Positions 26,283 through 39,915 of a stretch of DNA of 64,000 bases are shown here, in pieces. The DNA lies in NCBI GenBank assembly GCA_951406725.2, contig OX597820.1:89404001-89468000 (forward strand), given 5' to 3'. The DNA is from Octopus vulgaris (taxonomy: Eukaryota). The position numbers and the translations under genes were made by a program. The notes beneath the pieces are model-generated. The model ran no database searches, was not told the origin of the DNA, and was given only the letters and a program-made list of their open reading frames with translations. The first letter of the stretch is position 1; each line of letters starts with the position of its first letter.

Positions 26283-26356
26283 AGGCTCCAGGGGGATTCG
26301 AACCCTCGACCTCCAGTTTACTAGACTGGCGCTCTAACCAACTGAGCTATGAAGCC
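26283..26356 (-). tRNA. tRNA-Thr(AGT), possibly a retro-copy
   Basis: GGCTTCATAGCTCAGTTGGTTAGAGCGCCAGTCTAGTAAACTGGAGGTCGAGGGTTCGAATCCCCCTGGAGCCT folds as a full cloverleaf with loop CT-AGT-AA and one A-C mismatch in the T-stem. T9 terminator about 10 nt downstream. Confidence 0.9.
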
Positions 26357-26459
26357 ACCTTTAATACATTACTGCATTTTAATTTATTGACTTCGAGGAG
26401 ATGTAAAGCAAAGTTGAACTCATTGGGATTTCATCTCAGAATGCAAAGAGCTTATGATT

Positions 26460-26660
26460 CTATTTCTTTACTACCCACAAGGGACTAAACACAGAGAGGA
26501 CAAACGAATACAGACAAACGGATTAAGTCGATTACATCGACTATCGACCCCGAAAGGATGAAAGGTAAAGTCGACCTCGGCGGAATTTGAACTCAGAACG
26601 TAACGGCAGACGAAATACGACTACACATTTTGCCCCGCGTGCTAATGATTCAGCCAGCCC
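26460..26660 (-). mobile_element. SINE family B copy with internal deletion
   Basis: Reverse complement of 1229-1458. Confidence 0.8.
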
Positions 26661-27399
26661 ACTGCTCTATACTATATTACGTAATAATATATTTTTTTCC
26701 CTTTATCTCCTTTTTTTAACGTCTGTACCCTGAATTTAACGGTCCGAATGAAAAATGCAAAATTTTAACACATTACAAAACAGAAATATTTACTTATTAA
26801 TGTGTCTTATATACAGTGGTGCTCCAGCATGATTACTGCTCGCAGGTTGGAACCAAATAAACTAGTTTAAAGTGTAACAGTATTTTATTACATGGAAAAA
26901 TAAAAAAAAAGAGACGAAATATAAAAAAAAAATCATGAGAATTACTTGTCAAACACATTTTGTTATAAATAAAGGACTGCATAATACATAAGTACTAAAC
27001 AAAATAGATCAAAAACAGCAAAAATAATTTGTAAACTCAAGTCTTGAAATAAATGAATTGCCCGCAGCAAACTCGAGATAGCCATAGTCGTAGTGGTAAA
27101 TGTGCGTAGTCAGCGTAGTCAGTTTGTGACAGCAATAGTTGTAGATAGTGGTAAGTTTATGAAGACAGCTTCAAACAGTCTTAGTACGGAATTTACGTCT
27201 CTGAAAACTTAAAATTTATCGATTCCTAGCACCAAATTTAACTCAGAAATCTTGTGTTGAGGGGTAAGGGGTTTGAAGACGGAATGTTTGTGATCTTTTT
27301 TTTGAATCGGATCTTTCCTTTTATCGCCGTATATTTTTCTTTCGCTTTCTGAATGTTTCTATCGATCTCGGTGAATCGTTCAACGTCGTTCCAAACGGA

Positions 27400-29110
27400 A
27401 CAAAGTTGTCCACTTGTTCCAAACGGAAATTACTCTTATTAAAAAAGAATAAATCCTGTCAACCCCTCTGCACTGAACGACTTCCTCGTCTTGTCTCCTT
27501 CCTTTGTTTTCCCCTCACCTTTCTCCTTCCCGCACAATTGTCTCTGCTTTTCATTCAGAAACATCCTCGTTTGATAGTTCTTTTAAATCGTAGTCCAATG
27601 ACTGTTTCTACAATTTCCACTTCTACTTCTAATTGAAAACTATTAGCCAATTTCCTTATGTTCCTTTTACTCACAGCAAATCTCTTTTCATCAACATCTG
27701 GCAATATATTAATGCAACATTTGAGACAATGTTCCATCCACCATCCATGCACTTAAAAACTACATTCTCCTAAGCTGCTACAATAATCTTAATACAATGA
27801 AGAACGTTGTAATTTATCCAAAACAATCTCTATTGCTTCATCAGCTGTTAACGCTACACACTGGGCAAATGTTGATCGAAGAAAATATGCTTTAAATGTT
27901 TCCAAAGCCCCATGGTTCATCAATCGAATGATTGATGCATCTAAACTATTCCTGCCCTCTTTTCGTAGTCTCTAAATAAAGCGGAATTCCAGGTGCATTT
28001 CCAGGTAATAAGATCTTAAGCAAAATGTCTTTTTCGGAGCAGTATCCTTTTATATTTGGTATAAAACATTTTTGAATATAAGTTTTCAAACAAAACTTGA
28101 ATGATTCAAATTTTTCTTTGATCAAAATTGGAAAGGAAGCGTGTATTACTTTATATTTTGAAACCCATAAGGATTTTTGAATAGTAAATGAGAAATAGTT
28201 TGAGTTTATATCCAGTGACGTTCCCTCCAGTAACAGGGTCATCCGTTTATTAAAGTCCATAAATCCAGGCATAGTTTGTACGTCTTTGTGTTCGTATGGC
28301 CATTCGATCATCTGGTTTCAATGTAAACGATTCTCATCCACACCGAAACACTGTTTTACTAAATACTCTCCCCTGATTAACTTATCCAAAGCACCAATAA
28401 ACTTCTCGACTACCATAAGCATTCGAGGTACCAATAACCACTACTATAAGCATTCGTTGTATCAATAACCTTCTCGACTACCACAAGCATTCGTTGTACC
28501 AATAATGAATGCTTAGCATTCGGTGTACCATTAACCTTCTTGACTACTATACGCATTCGAGGTATCAATAACTTCGACCACTATAAGCATTCGTTGTACT
28601 AAATAACCTTCTCGATTACCATAAGCATTCGTTGCACCAATAACCTTATCGACTACCATAAACATTCATTGTACCAATAAACTTCTCGACTATTAGAAGC
28701 ATTCGTTGCTTCCCCTTTTCTGAGTCATATCTAATTTTAAGTAATTCCGAGAAAAAAATAACGTGATGTTGTTAGTAGGAGGTGCTTGTGTGCACGGAAA
28801 TATACGTAGTTGTAAAAGTGGGTTGTTGGAAGTTTCATAGGTTGTAAGTTTAACAAATTTCATTCACAAGATACCGGTCAACCAGGAGTGGCGAATTTAC
28901 TTAATTTGCAAATATTAAACTGCGTGGTTTTTTTCCTGGAGCATCTTAGCCATTTATTACTTGTGTGAAAATTTTCCTTGTATTCATTTCATCTTATTTG
29001 CTTCAAAGATTCTAGAAGAATTACTTCTAGCCATTGCTTGAATTGTTAGTAGGTTTATGAACACACCTTTGATGTTGCCTTCGATCCTGAGCATCAACAA
29101 TTTCTTCATT
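27400..29110 (-). mobile_element. Decayed pogo/Tigger (CENP-B-like HTH plus DDE_1) transposase, interrupted by a minisatellite
   Basis: Remnants CFGVDENRLH, RMTLLL, CFIPNIKGYC..KILL.PGNAPG, ETFKAYFLRSTF; HTH-like LLTIQAMAR at 28984-29110. Confidence 0.6.
28394..28710. repeat. Minisatellite of about 37 bp, about 8 units
   Basis: Unit AATAACCTTCTCGACTACCATAAGCATTCGTTGTACC in direct tandem with no unique spacers. Confidence 0.9.
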
Positions 29111-29122
29111 TCTTGGACAGAC

Positions 29123-29337
29123 CGGCGAGCGGGCAGAATCGTTAGCACGCTGGACAAAATGCTTATCAGCATTTCGTCCGTCTCTACGTCCTGAGTTCAA
29201 ATGTCACCGGGATCGACTTTGCCTTTCATACCTTAGGGGTCGAATAAAACAAGTACCAGTTGAACACTGGGATCAAGGTAATCAAATGTGCCTCACTCTC
29301 AAAATTACTGTCCTTGTGTCAAAATTTGAAATCGATA
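29123..29337 (+). mobile_element. SINE family B (older subfamily)
   Basis: ggcgagcgggcagaatcgttagc...gagttcaaat...gcctttcat...gggtcga; tail ccttgtgtcaaaatttgaaa. Confidence 0.75.
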
Positions 29338-29670
29338 TTATCGCCGAAAGCTTTTCGGCCGAATAATTTTATTATATCAGAGTCTGATATCTTTGTCCTT
29401 AAATAGCAGGAATTTCCAAAGTTTATACCTGCAGAAGTATAATTGATATTGTGAGATAACATGATGTTGCTAATGGGAGAAGCTCGTGTGCGAGGTAAAT
29501 ATGTGGTTTTAATAGCGGTTATCGTAAGGCAAGACATGTCTCTATATATCAATCGCATTTCACTCACACGGCTTTTGGCAACCATAGGCTACAACAGGAT
29601 ATAGTTGAGTATCCTAGCGTGTAGCAGGCTTGAAACTGGAATAGATGGCTGCAAATCACGTTCTTAATCC

Positions 29671-29891
29671 TATTCTCTTTTATTCTCTTTTACTTGTTTC
29701 AGTCATTTGACTGCGACCATGCTGGAGCACCGCCTTTAGTCGAGCAAATCGACTCCAGGACTTACTCTTTGTAAGCCTAGTACTTATTCTATCGGTCATT
29801 TTTGCCGAAGAGCTAACTTACGGGTACGTAAACACACCACCATCGGCTGTCAAGCGATGTTAGGGGGACAAACACAGACACACAAAAATAT

Positions 29892-29982
<91 letters not shown>

Positions 29983-30152
29983 TATATACGACGGGATTCT
30001 TTCAGTTTCCGTCTACCAAATCCACTCACAAGGCTTTGGTCGGCCCGAGGGTATAGTAGAAGACACTTGCCGAAGGTGCCACACAGTGGGAATGAGCCTG
30101 AAACCATGTGGTTGGTAAGCAAGCTACTTACAAAACAGCCACTCCTGCACCT
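29671..30152 (-). mobile_element. SINE family A, full length
   Basis: High similarity to 201-655. Confidence 0.9.
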
Positions 30153-30804
30153 ATAAGCGCACTCTTACGACAAAACGATCACGGCCACGATGCCAACTAT
30201 AATGATTAGCACCACCAGCGGCAAAAATCATGACGACGACGGCGATGACCCCCCCCCACCACAGTCACTACAACGACAACGATAACGACGACGACCACCA
30301 CCATCGCCAGCACCACCATCATCACCACTACTACCACAACCACCGCCATCACCGTCGCTGCCATCATCGAAACCGCTATCATCTCGAGAGAATACAGAAA
30401 ACAAGCGAACAGATAAATCTTTTTTTGTCAAAAAATGACAAAATGAATCAGAATAAAAACAGAAAAAGATAAAGAAGACAAGATGGTATATGCATCGGTT
30501 TGATTTGATCTTTGGCACTGAAAACAAAGAGGTGGAAGGAAAAAGCTTTGGAATAGTGAATAATATCGTCTTATCTCTAACATTAACGAAAGATTAACCT
30601 TCCACATGTTGGCTTTAGATAAGCAAAGAAACAGAATTCTAAGAATATTATAGCATATATGTATATAGTGTGTCTAGATATACATGGGGGTATATAACAT
30701 ATACACCCATACATGAATACATGCATATATGCATGCATACATGCATACATACATACATACATAATGCATACATACATACATATATGCATGCATACATGCA
30801 GATA

Positions 30805-30849
<45 letters not shown>

Positions 30850-30901
30850 TTATATGTATGCATGTTTGTATGTACGTATCTATCTATCAATCAATCAATC
30901 T

Positions 30902-30940
<39 letters not shown>

Positions 30941-31104
30941 TATATACATCCATATATACATAATCATATACATATACATACATATATATATATATATATG
31001 TATACACACAAGCATGCATATACACGCACACTCGCATACATATTCATATATATATAACATGTATATGTATGTATGTATGTATATATATATATATATATGT
31101 ACTC

Positions 31105-31320
31105 TCCTTTCTCTTTTATTCTATTTTACACGCTTCAGTCATCTGACCGCGGCCATACTGGAGTACCGCCTCTAGTAGAAGGAATCAATTCCCGCACCTA
31201 TTCTTTGTAAGCTTAGTACTTATTCTATCGGTATCTTTTACTGGGACATAAACACACATACATCGGGTGTCGAGCGATGGTGGGGAAACAAACGCAGAGA
31301 CAAAGACACACACATGTAAA
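31105..31320 (-). mobile_element. SINE family A, 3' half
   Basis: ggccatactggagtaccgcc...tagtacttattctatcgg. Confidence 0.7.
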
Positions 31321-31697
31321 TATATGTACATACATACACATACGCACATACACACACACACGCGCGCACGTACACACACGTGTATGTATATAAATGTGAA
31401 GGCGCACGGCCTAATACCTATGATGCTGCACTCACTTGATCTTGAGCATAATATTTCATTTCATGTTACTGTAAGTTCATTCGACTGCAAACGGGCACCC
31501 CTGCGACGGATTCGCCTGACTGTGTAACCTGGACTAGTATACACAGTGCTATGAGCCAGATATAACAGGTAGAAATGTAGAAATGTTGATCGGTGCAATC
31601 GCATGTACCCTTGCTAAAGTTTGTCTAATAATAATAAAGATACATTATTTACATTATTTACATTTGACGAATATTTGTCCTCATCATGTTTGTTGTT

Positions 31698-31743
31698 AAC
31701 ACATCATTTCGGCTGATATACCCTCCAGCCTTCATCAGGTGTC
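31698..31743 (-). ncRNA. Minimal type I hammerhead motif (cleavage site mutated)
   Basis: GACAC-CTGATGA-A-GGCTG gagggtatat CAGCC-GAAA-TG-AT-GTGTT. Confidence 0.7.
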
Positions 31744-31816
31744 CTAGGGAAATTTCGAACCTGGGTTCCCATTCTTAAGGTACTTTTCATCGTCGTCGTC
31801 GTCGTTGTTGTTGTTG

Positions 31817-31891
<75 letters not shown>

Positions 31892-32027
31892 TCACTGCCT
31901 GAAATCGAACTCGGAATCATGGGGTTAGTAGCCCGCGCTCCTAACCACTACGCCACGGGCATATGACGTAGTGGTTAAGAGCGCGGGTTACTAACCTCAA
32001 GATTCCAAGTTCGATTTCAGGCAGCGA

Positions 32028-32137
<110 letters not shown>

Positions 32138-32219
32138 TAATAATAATAATAATAATAATGATAATAATAATATCTAAAAATACCTTAGGAATGAGAACTC
32201 AGGTTCGAAATTTCCGTAA

Positions 32220-32265
32220 GATACTTGATGAAGGCTGGAGGATATATCAGCCGAATCGTTGTGTT
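32220..32265 (+). ncRNA. Minimal type I hammerhead motif (two core substitutions)
   Basis: GATAC-TTGATGA-A-GGCTG gaggatatat CAGCC-GAAT-CG-TT-GTGTT. Confidence 0.65.
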
Positions 32266-32725
32266 AACAACAAACAAGACGAGGACAAATATCCGTCAAA
32301 TGTAAATAATGTAAATAAGGTGCATAATTCCTCATCTCTTAAATATAAGATGTACTGAAATGATAAAAACGAACCAGAATAAATAAGATGGCATACTAAG
32401 GGTAACTGCTCGCCGCTTTATTGAAATGTGTCATATAGCGGTCATATATATGTTATATTGATGTGGCACATCAAACCACCTGGTGCTTTGGTTGAGCATG
32501 AACCTCTAAGTAGTGTCTGTGTGATCCGGACCATCTTAACAGCAATTATATAACTAGTGCATTGTTTTATTACTGTTAAAACCGTTCTGATCATACAGAC
32601 GCTACTTGGACTTTATTGTTCAAAGTGAGTCCGCCTTTGCAGCGTCTATCTCTCCGGATGTCTTATTGTCGTCTGCTGCGTTCTTGTTCTATTTTGGGAT
32701 ATATATATATATATATATATATATA

Positions 32726-32909
32726 CTTTTATTTGTTTCAGTCATTTGACTGCAGCCATGCTGGAGCACCGCTTTTAGTCGCACAAAACGACCCAAGGAC
32801 TTATTCTTTGCAAACCTCGTTCTTATTCTAACGGTCCTTTTGCAGAACCGCTAAGTTACGAGGACGTAAACACACTAACATTTTTTGTGAAGCGATAGTG
32901 GAGGAACAC

Positions 32910-32940
<31 letters not shown>

Positions 32941-33107
32941 CATACGACAGGCTTCTTTCAGTTTCCGTCTACCAAATTCATTCACAAGGCTTTGGTCGGC
33001 CCGAGGCTATAGTAGAAAACACTTGCTGAAGGTACTATGAAGTGGGACTGAACCCGGAAACCATGTGATTGGTTAGCAAGCCAATTACCGCACAGCAACT
33101 CCTGCGC
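32726..33107 (-). mobile_element. SINE family A
   Basis: Colinear with 201-655. Confidence 0.85.
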
Positions 33108-33160
<53 letters not shown>

Positions 33161-33199
33161 GTATAAAGGCATAGAGAATTAATACAGATATGAAGAATA

Positions 33200-33965
33200 A
33201 CTGTCTAAAAGTGGAGCAATCGTTAGAAATTTTGAATAGAAAGGAGACTGTTAAAGTGTTGGATACAAAGATGGCTATAGAAAGAAGCTGTAGGATTGTT
33301 AGATGTTATCTTTACGTCATGAAAATTTGGAACAAATTATTATTGCTTGGTTTCGAAGGAATATGTGAATGATGTTGTAAAGGTTCTTAAGACAGTAATT
33401 GCGCTACTTGACTTTTCCTTTATAGTCTGTGTATAGTGGTGGTGGTGGTGGTGTGTGTAGTGCGTTTGCGTGTGTGCGTGCATATATAAATATGTCCTCA
33501 TAATTGCATATATATATATATACACGCACATATGTGGGCGTGAGCATATATGCGCATGTACACAATATATCTGAAAAGTGCATGCGTACACATATATCGG
33601 GATTCTAATAGGATAATTTTCAAATTTACACATGGGGAAAGATTCAACTTAAATTGTAAATTGCGAATGATAAATTTTAAATCAAATTTTCATTAAAAAT
33701 TGAAAGGCAGAGTTATATTCGTAGGGTGATTAATGACGATATCGTTAGTATTTCAAACCTTTAATAGATCGATTAAAAGAAAATAATTATTTAATGAAGG
33801 AGAGATAAGCTTGAAATTTTCATTATGAAATAAATATTGTTTGGCTAATTGTTGATACAAAGCGAAATAAGGTTTCGAACAACAAAGGGGAATGTTAACT
33901 TAAGAGAATTTGAAGAAGAACCGTTTATGTTGGTAATAAACGGAAAATAATCGAGAAGTTCACTG
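33200..33965 (+). mobile_element. Old CR1/L2-like LINE 3' end with long AT-rich 3' UTR
   Basis: KMAIERSCRIVRCYLYVMKIWNKL resembles the CR1 ORF2 terminus; homologous inverted copy spread over about 39590-41460. Confidence 0.5.
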
Positions 33966-34042
33966 AAAAGTAATTAAAGGCTTATTCTGTTGACGTATCA
34001 AGCGTTAATTTCACTGGAAGAAAACAACAAGCTTGTAACAGA

Positions 34043-34621
<579 letters not shown>

Positions 34622-34820
34622 TGTAATATTATAATTTCAGTCCCATAACAGCCGATTCATGTTATTGAACGGTTTCATGCCGAGAAGACCTTCCTAAAGT
34701 GGAAATGTAAATTAAAAATCATCGGATATGGCTGAACCGAAAGGACTTTTTATTACTGGAGCCCAGAAATTAAGAGTGTAAACTATACTCTTCCATTCAA
34801 GCATGTCCGTTGATTGGTAA

Positions 34821-36590
34821 CACTGGCGAAGAAAGATTTTACTACTGGAGTAAAAGCATGTGTTTTAGACTAAATTGAGAATGCTGATTCCGAATCCGCA
34901 CTCAGAATTCTTCCAGCACGTCAGGGTTTTGAGTTATGCGAATGCACAAAATTATAACTATACTTTCGGCTAGATTGAGGCCGTATTATAAAATTTGTTT
35001 AAATGAAAGTGGTCTTAATTCAAAATTAAAGAAATAACAGCAATAAAACAAACGAAAAGAAAGTTCATCATTTAGTTTAGCAATAGATAGCGCTGACGTA
35101 TAGTGTGCTATGCCAGATACATCAGTTTGTTCTTGGTAACTCTCATTGTTGTTTGCGCTGCCGTCACGTGTGGTATGTGTATCTCTCGCTCTGTGTGATT
35201 ACTGTTTAAACTGTGTCCATTGTGTTAGATTATGAATAGGAGAGGCTGTATGACTCACACAGACAACTTTTGCTCCGCGTGACCAGCGGAAGAACATTGC
35301 CATCAAATTAAAAACTGCCTATAAATATTTCGGGTGTAAAGTTGAGGACCAAAACATGAGGTGAGCACCTCGCGTATGCTCCTCCGTGTGTTACTCAGGG
35401 TTTACACACTGGCTGAATGGAAAACGGAAGGGAATGTTGTTTGTTGTACCAATGGTATGGCGTGAGTCATCTAATCATGTCTCTGATTGTTATCTTTGCA
35501 TGACTAATATTAGTGGTTACTCAAAGAAGATCAAAGAAAAATTGTGCACGCAGATTGTAAGTCGGCTTTAAAAGCGGTCCCATATGACTTTGAGAACGCT
35601 GTCCCAGCTCCCTCTTACATGTTTCACTTGAAAATCTTGACACCTCGCACGCTAAACCCCTGACTCTCCTATCGACAAAGAGTACGTAGTTGATTCTAAG
35701 AAAAATGAGCTCAGCTAGTTTAATCAAAAAGATTTGAACGATTTAGCAAGAGACCTAGCATTCTCAAAGGAGAGGACAGACGTTTTGGGATCCAAACTAC
35801 AATAACGGAATCTTCATCAGCAAGGTACGAAAATTTCCATTTTCTGTTTTCGCCATAAAGTCTTATCTGTCTTTTTCAAGCAAGAAAATAATGTTTGTTT
35901 CTCTATGGTCTCTAATGCACTCATGCAAAAACTAGGATACGTGCATGTGGCTAACGAATGGTGATTGTTAAGGTTAGCCTCAATGATGTGTTGTTGCATA
36001 ATGGTAATGAAAAAGCTTGCATTCCTGTGGGTCATATTGTCGGTATGGAAGAAACTTATGAATCGATGGAACTTATTCTGAAAGGAGTTGATTACTCAGT
36101 TCATAAGTGGAATATTTGTGAGGATTTTAAGGTGATTTCCTTCCTCTAAGACTGTAGCTGGGATATACCAAAAATATGTGCTTCTTGTGTGCTTGGAACT
36201 GCCACGACGACAGCAATCATTACACTGTAAAAGACTGGCATAAAAGAGATGAGTGTATAGTTGGTAGGTAGAGTGTGCTACATATGCCCCATGTAGGGCC
36301 GCAAAAGATCTTCCTTCCACCCATTCACATTAGACTCGGCCTCATGAAAAACTTTGTAAAAACAATGACACACGATGGTTGAGGCTTCCAGTAACTAGAA
36401 GTAAAATTTGGTGCAGAGAAAAGTGACGGAAAACTGAAAGCAGGCATTTTCATAGGACCCGAGATCAGAGAATTGATATCTGATAGCAAATTCAGAGGTA
36501 AACGGAATCCAGTTGAGCTGACGACATGGGATTTAGACGCATTAGTTGTACAGAACTTTCAAGGAAATCAAAGAGCTGAAAACTATGGTG
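34821..36590 (+). mobile_element. Decayed Chapaev3-like (CMC superfamily) DNA transposon
   Basis: YFGCKVEDQ, WLNGKRKGMLFVVPMVWRE..NHVSDCYLC, VLLHNGNEKACIPVGH..EETYE, WNICEDFKV, LGYTKNMCFLC, PIHIRLGLMKNFVK, with many stops and frameshifts. Confidence 0.75.
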
Positions 36591-36739
36591 TTAACGTATT
36601 TGAGTAAAATTAGGTTAATGTGTCCGGCTGATTAAAATTCTATGTACTTATTTGTGCAGCTGATGATAGCCCTGCATTTAAATTGATGTAATGATTACAT
36701 TGTACTGCATCACTTCTTCATATCATGTTGCTTATTTTG

Positions 36740-36845
<106 letters not shown>

Positions 36846-36851
36846 GTGTGT

Positions 36852-38259
36852 AACGGGAAGCTTTATGAAAATAAACAAAAGACGAAGGCAGGTGGAGTAC
36901 AAACAAACAATTGTATTAGTATGGCGCTCAGGAATATAAATAAAACAAGTCCTTTACGTTTCGAGTCTACGCTCTTCAACAGAAAGATACACAGAGAAGA
37001 AACACAGAAAGAAGGAGAGAAAAAAATGCGTGCAGAGGCTAGCGAATCAACATGGCGATCTGATTTCGGCCAGAAGTCAAAGATCAAACGTGAGACGCAA
37101 GATCGAAATTAGGGGAGATAATAGGGTTAAATGACCTCACCCCAACATAAGAGTGTGTGTGTGTGTGTATGAGAGAGTATTAGTGCGTATGAGAGGTCTG
37201 GACGTGTGTATGTATATATGATGAGATGTGTAAAGTCGTATGGTGTAGTGTAGAGAGAGGAGATGAGGGGAGAGGGGAAGAGAGGGGAGGTAAGGGGGAG
37301 AGAGAGAGGAGAGATGAGGGGGGAGAGATGGGAGGGGGAGATGAGATGAGGGGGAAGGGAGAGATGGAAGGAGAGGAGAAGAGGGGAGAGAAGGGGAGAA
37401 GGAAGGAGAGGAGAAGAGGAGGGGAGAGGAGGGGAGAGGAGGAGGGAGGATAGAGGGAGAGGGAGAGAGAGAGAGAAGGGGAGTGAGGGAGCAGAGAGAA
37501 AGAGGGAAGGGGAAGAGGGAAGAAGAAAGAGGGAAGAAGGGAAGAGGAGTAGGGGTGAAAGGATGAAGGACTGAAGAGAAGTAGGGGTCGGGGGGGAAGG
37601 TTAGATGAGGAGGTGGAGACGGGGGTTAGTTGAGGAGGGGGGGAGAGTTGAGACCAAACGGCTTGAAAGAGCGAAGAGAGAAGATTAATTCCTGTTCACG
37701 GCGCAAACGGGAATCCAGATGGCCTCTGTGCAAGGACAAACCGAACACAGACAGGTGTTGCAAGGAGTGACCGGTGGAGCGGAAATGGCGTGAGACCGGT
37801 GTGTCGTTGGCAAGGCGGATGTCACGGAGGTGTTCCGCGAACCGGTCAGCCAAGCGGCGTCCCGTTTGTCCGAGGTACAGGGAATGGCAGAGAGAGCAAG
37901 AGACGCAATAGATAATATTGCTGGATGTGCAGGTGAAGGAGTTGATGATGCGATAGGGTCGATGATGGGTGCCAGTGAGGAGGGTGGTGTTGGAGAGGTA
38001 AGAGCAAGTGCGGCAACGTGGGCGGGAGCAGGGGAACGAGCCAGGTTGGGAAGTAGGGTCAGGGAAGGAGCTATGGACCAAAAGGTCTCGTAGGTTATGG
38101 GCTCGTTTGAAAGAGGGGAGGGGTCGGTTAGGGAAGAGGTGTGAAGTGGACGGGTCGGACTGGAGATGACGGAAAGCTCGAAGAATGGTGCGTTGGAGAG
38201 GTAGGGTCGTGGGGTGGTAAGTGAGGGGAAAAGGGAGGCGGGAGACTACAGGGCGAGTT

Positions 38260-38262
<3 letters not shown>
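36852..38262 (-). mobile_element. 5'-truncated Penelope-like element (Neptune-type): GIY-YIG ORF end, pyrimidine-rich 3' UTR, pLTR with hammerhead-like motif
   Basis: Inserted in (TA)n; ORF part at 37626-38262; hammerhead-like motif at 36950-36987. Confidence 0.9.
37626..38262 (-). CDS. Penelope GIY-YIG endonuclease C-terminal fragment (open frame, no genuine start)
   Basis: FPLTYHP, FKRAHNLRDLLV, CxxxxCxxC linker, NIIYCVSCSLC..YLGQTGRRLADRFAEH, REQELI..GLN. The predicted start runs through an unrelated (TA)n tract. Confidence 0.85.
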
Positions 38263-38304
<42 letters not shown>

Positions 38305-38462
38305 GTGTGTATATGTATGTGTGTTAATATGGCTGCCCGCCTAGCCAACGGAGCGATATATCTTGAAAACTAAAACAATGCAAAGAATCGTATTGTGACC
38401 AGCAGTATATAAATGTATAACAACATTCGATGGTCTAGTGGATGCAGTGATATACAGGGTAC

Positions 38463-38497
<35 letters not shown>

Positions 38498-38500
<3 letters not shown>

Positions 38501-39195
38501 CAAAGTCAGACAAAACATTTAACAGGCTGCACAAGCGTTTGTGGAATAATAATCATCTTAAGATCAGCACAAATGTCAGAGTCTTCAGGACCGTCGTCAT
38601 CATGATGCTCCTATATGGCTCTGAGTTCTGGGTCCCCTACCGCCGTCATCTTAGGCTCCTTGAATGTTTTCACAAACGCTGCCTTCGTACCATGCTCAAC
38701 ATCTACTGGAGCGATGACATCACCAACACTGAGGTCTCCAAGCGAGCAAAGGTCACTAGTCTGCAAGCCATTTTACTTGGGGCACAACTACGTTGAGCTG
38801 GACACGTTGACAGGATGAAAGACCACAGCTTACCCAAGATCATCATGTATTGCGAGCTAACGACTGGCCACAGCAACAAAGGTGGGGGGCAGCAGAGAAG
38901 CGTTACAAGGACTGCCTGAAGCAGTCCCTTAGCGTTTGTGGCATTGATTATCGTGAGTGGTCCATATAACAGCTGACTGTTGTGCTGCTTGGCACACCTT
39001 ACCATCAGCGATGCTGATTCCTCCTTTGAGATCACCCGTAGTGCCTCTCCTGAAGACAAACGTCAGAGGCGAAAAAATAATGCAGCTGTATCATTAGACC
39101 CTGAACAATCATACCTCTGTCATCATTGCAGTCATACATCTGTCATCATTGCAATCGGATAAGTCGATCCCACATCAGCCTCATCAGCCACGATG
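38498..39195 (+). mobile_element. RTE-BovB-like LINE 3' fragment
   Basis: IAKSDKTFNRLHKRLW, LLYGSEFW, FHKRCLRTMLNIYWSD.ITNTEV, QLR*AGHVDRM..LPK; terminal CxxC..H remnant. Confidence 0.85.
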
Positions 39196-39372
39196 AAAAA
39201 TAAAACGGAGAAAAAAGCAACAACGTGAGGACGTGGTACATGCAAAATATTGATAAAACGTTCAGAGAAGAAAAAACAGTGGTTGTTTCAGCAGAGCTCT
39301 TCATAAGAAAGAAGAGACACAGGAAAGTCCAAAAGAAAATGAAGAAAGATGTAGAAAGGGGTACCCGCATGT
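39196..39372 (-). mobile_element. Penelope pLTR-like remnant with decayed hammerhead
   Basis: Minus strand tcttt-CTTATGA-A-GAGCtctGCT-GAAAC; next to (TA)n; architecture like 6878-7050. Confidence 0.5.
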
Positions 39373-39431
39373 TATATATATATATACATACACACACATA
39401 TATAATAATCATAATAATAATAACAATAATG

Positions 39432-39473
<42 letters not shown>

Positions 39474-39503
39474 TATATATATATATATATATACATACAC
39501 ATG

Positions 39504-39535
<32 letters not shown>

Positions 39536-39915
39536 ACATGCGGATACATCTTTCTACATAAGACGACACGTACATACACGATTTCATGTATGTACTTCGC
39601 GGTGTTCCCTTCATTATCATATCATAAAGCACCCTACTTCAAGTCCTTCTAACTAAACTACATTTCCCCTTTTTCTTCGAAATTTAATTTCATCTCGTAT
39701 CAATTATTAAAAGCGCTGAGCTGCCAGAATCTATTCTTCTGGATCGAGAAAATAATGAACCAGTCAATCAAAATTGTTGTTGTTGTTGGTGTTGTTATTA
39801 TCGTTATCGTTATTTTTATTGTAAAACAGCATTTCGTCCATCTTCAGGTACCGAGTTCAAATTTCGCCGGGGTAGATTTTGCCTTCATTCCTTCCAGAGT
39901 CGATAAAATAAATAG

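Noticed and set aside
28394-28710. CRISPR-like array (37-bp period)
   Set aside because: Direct tandem units with no unique spacers, eukaryotic context, no cas genes.
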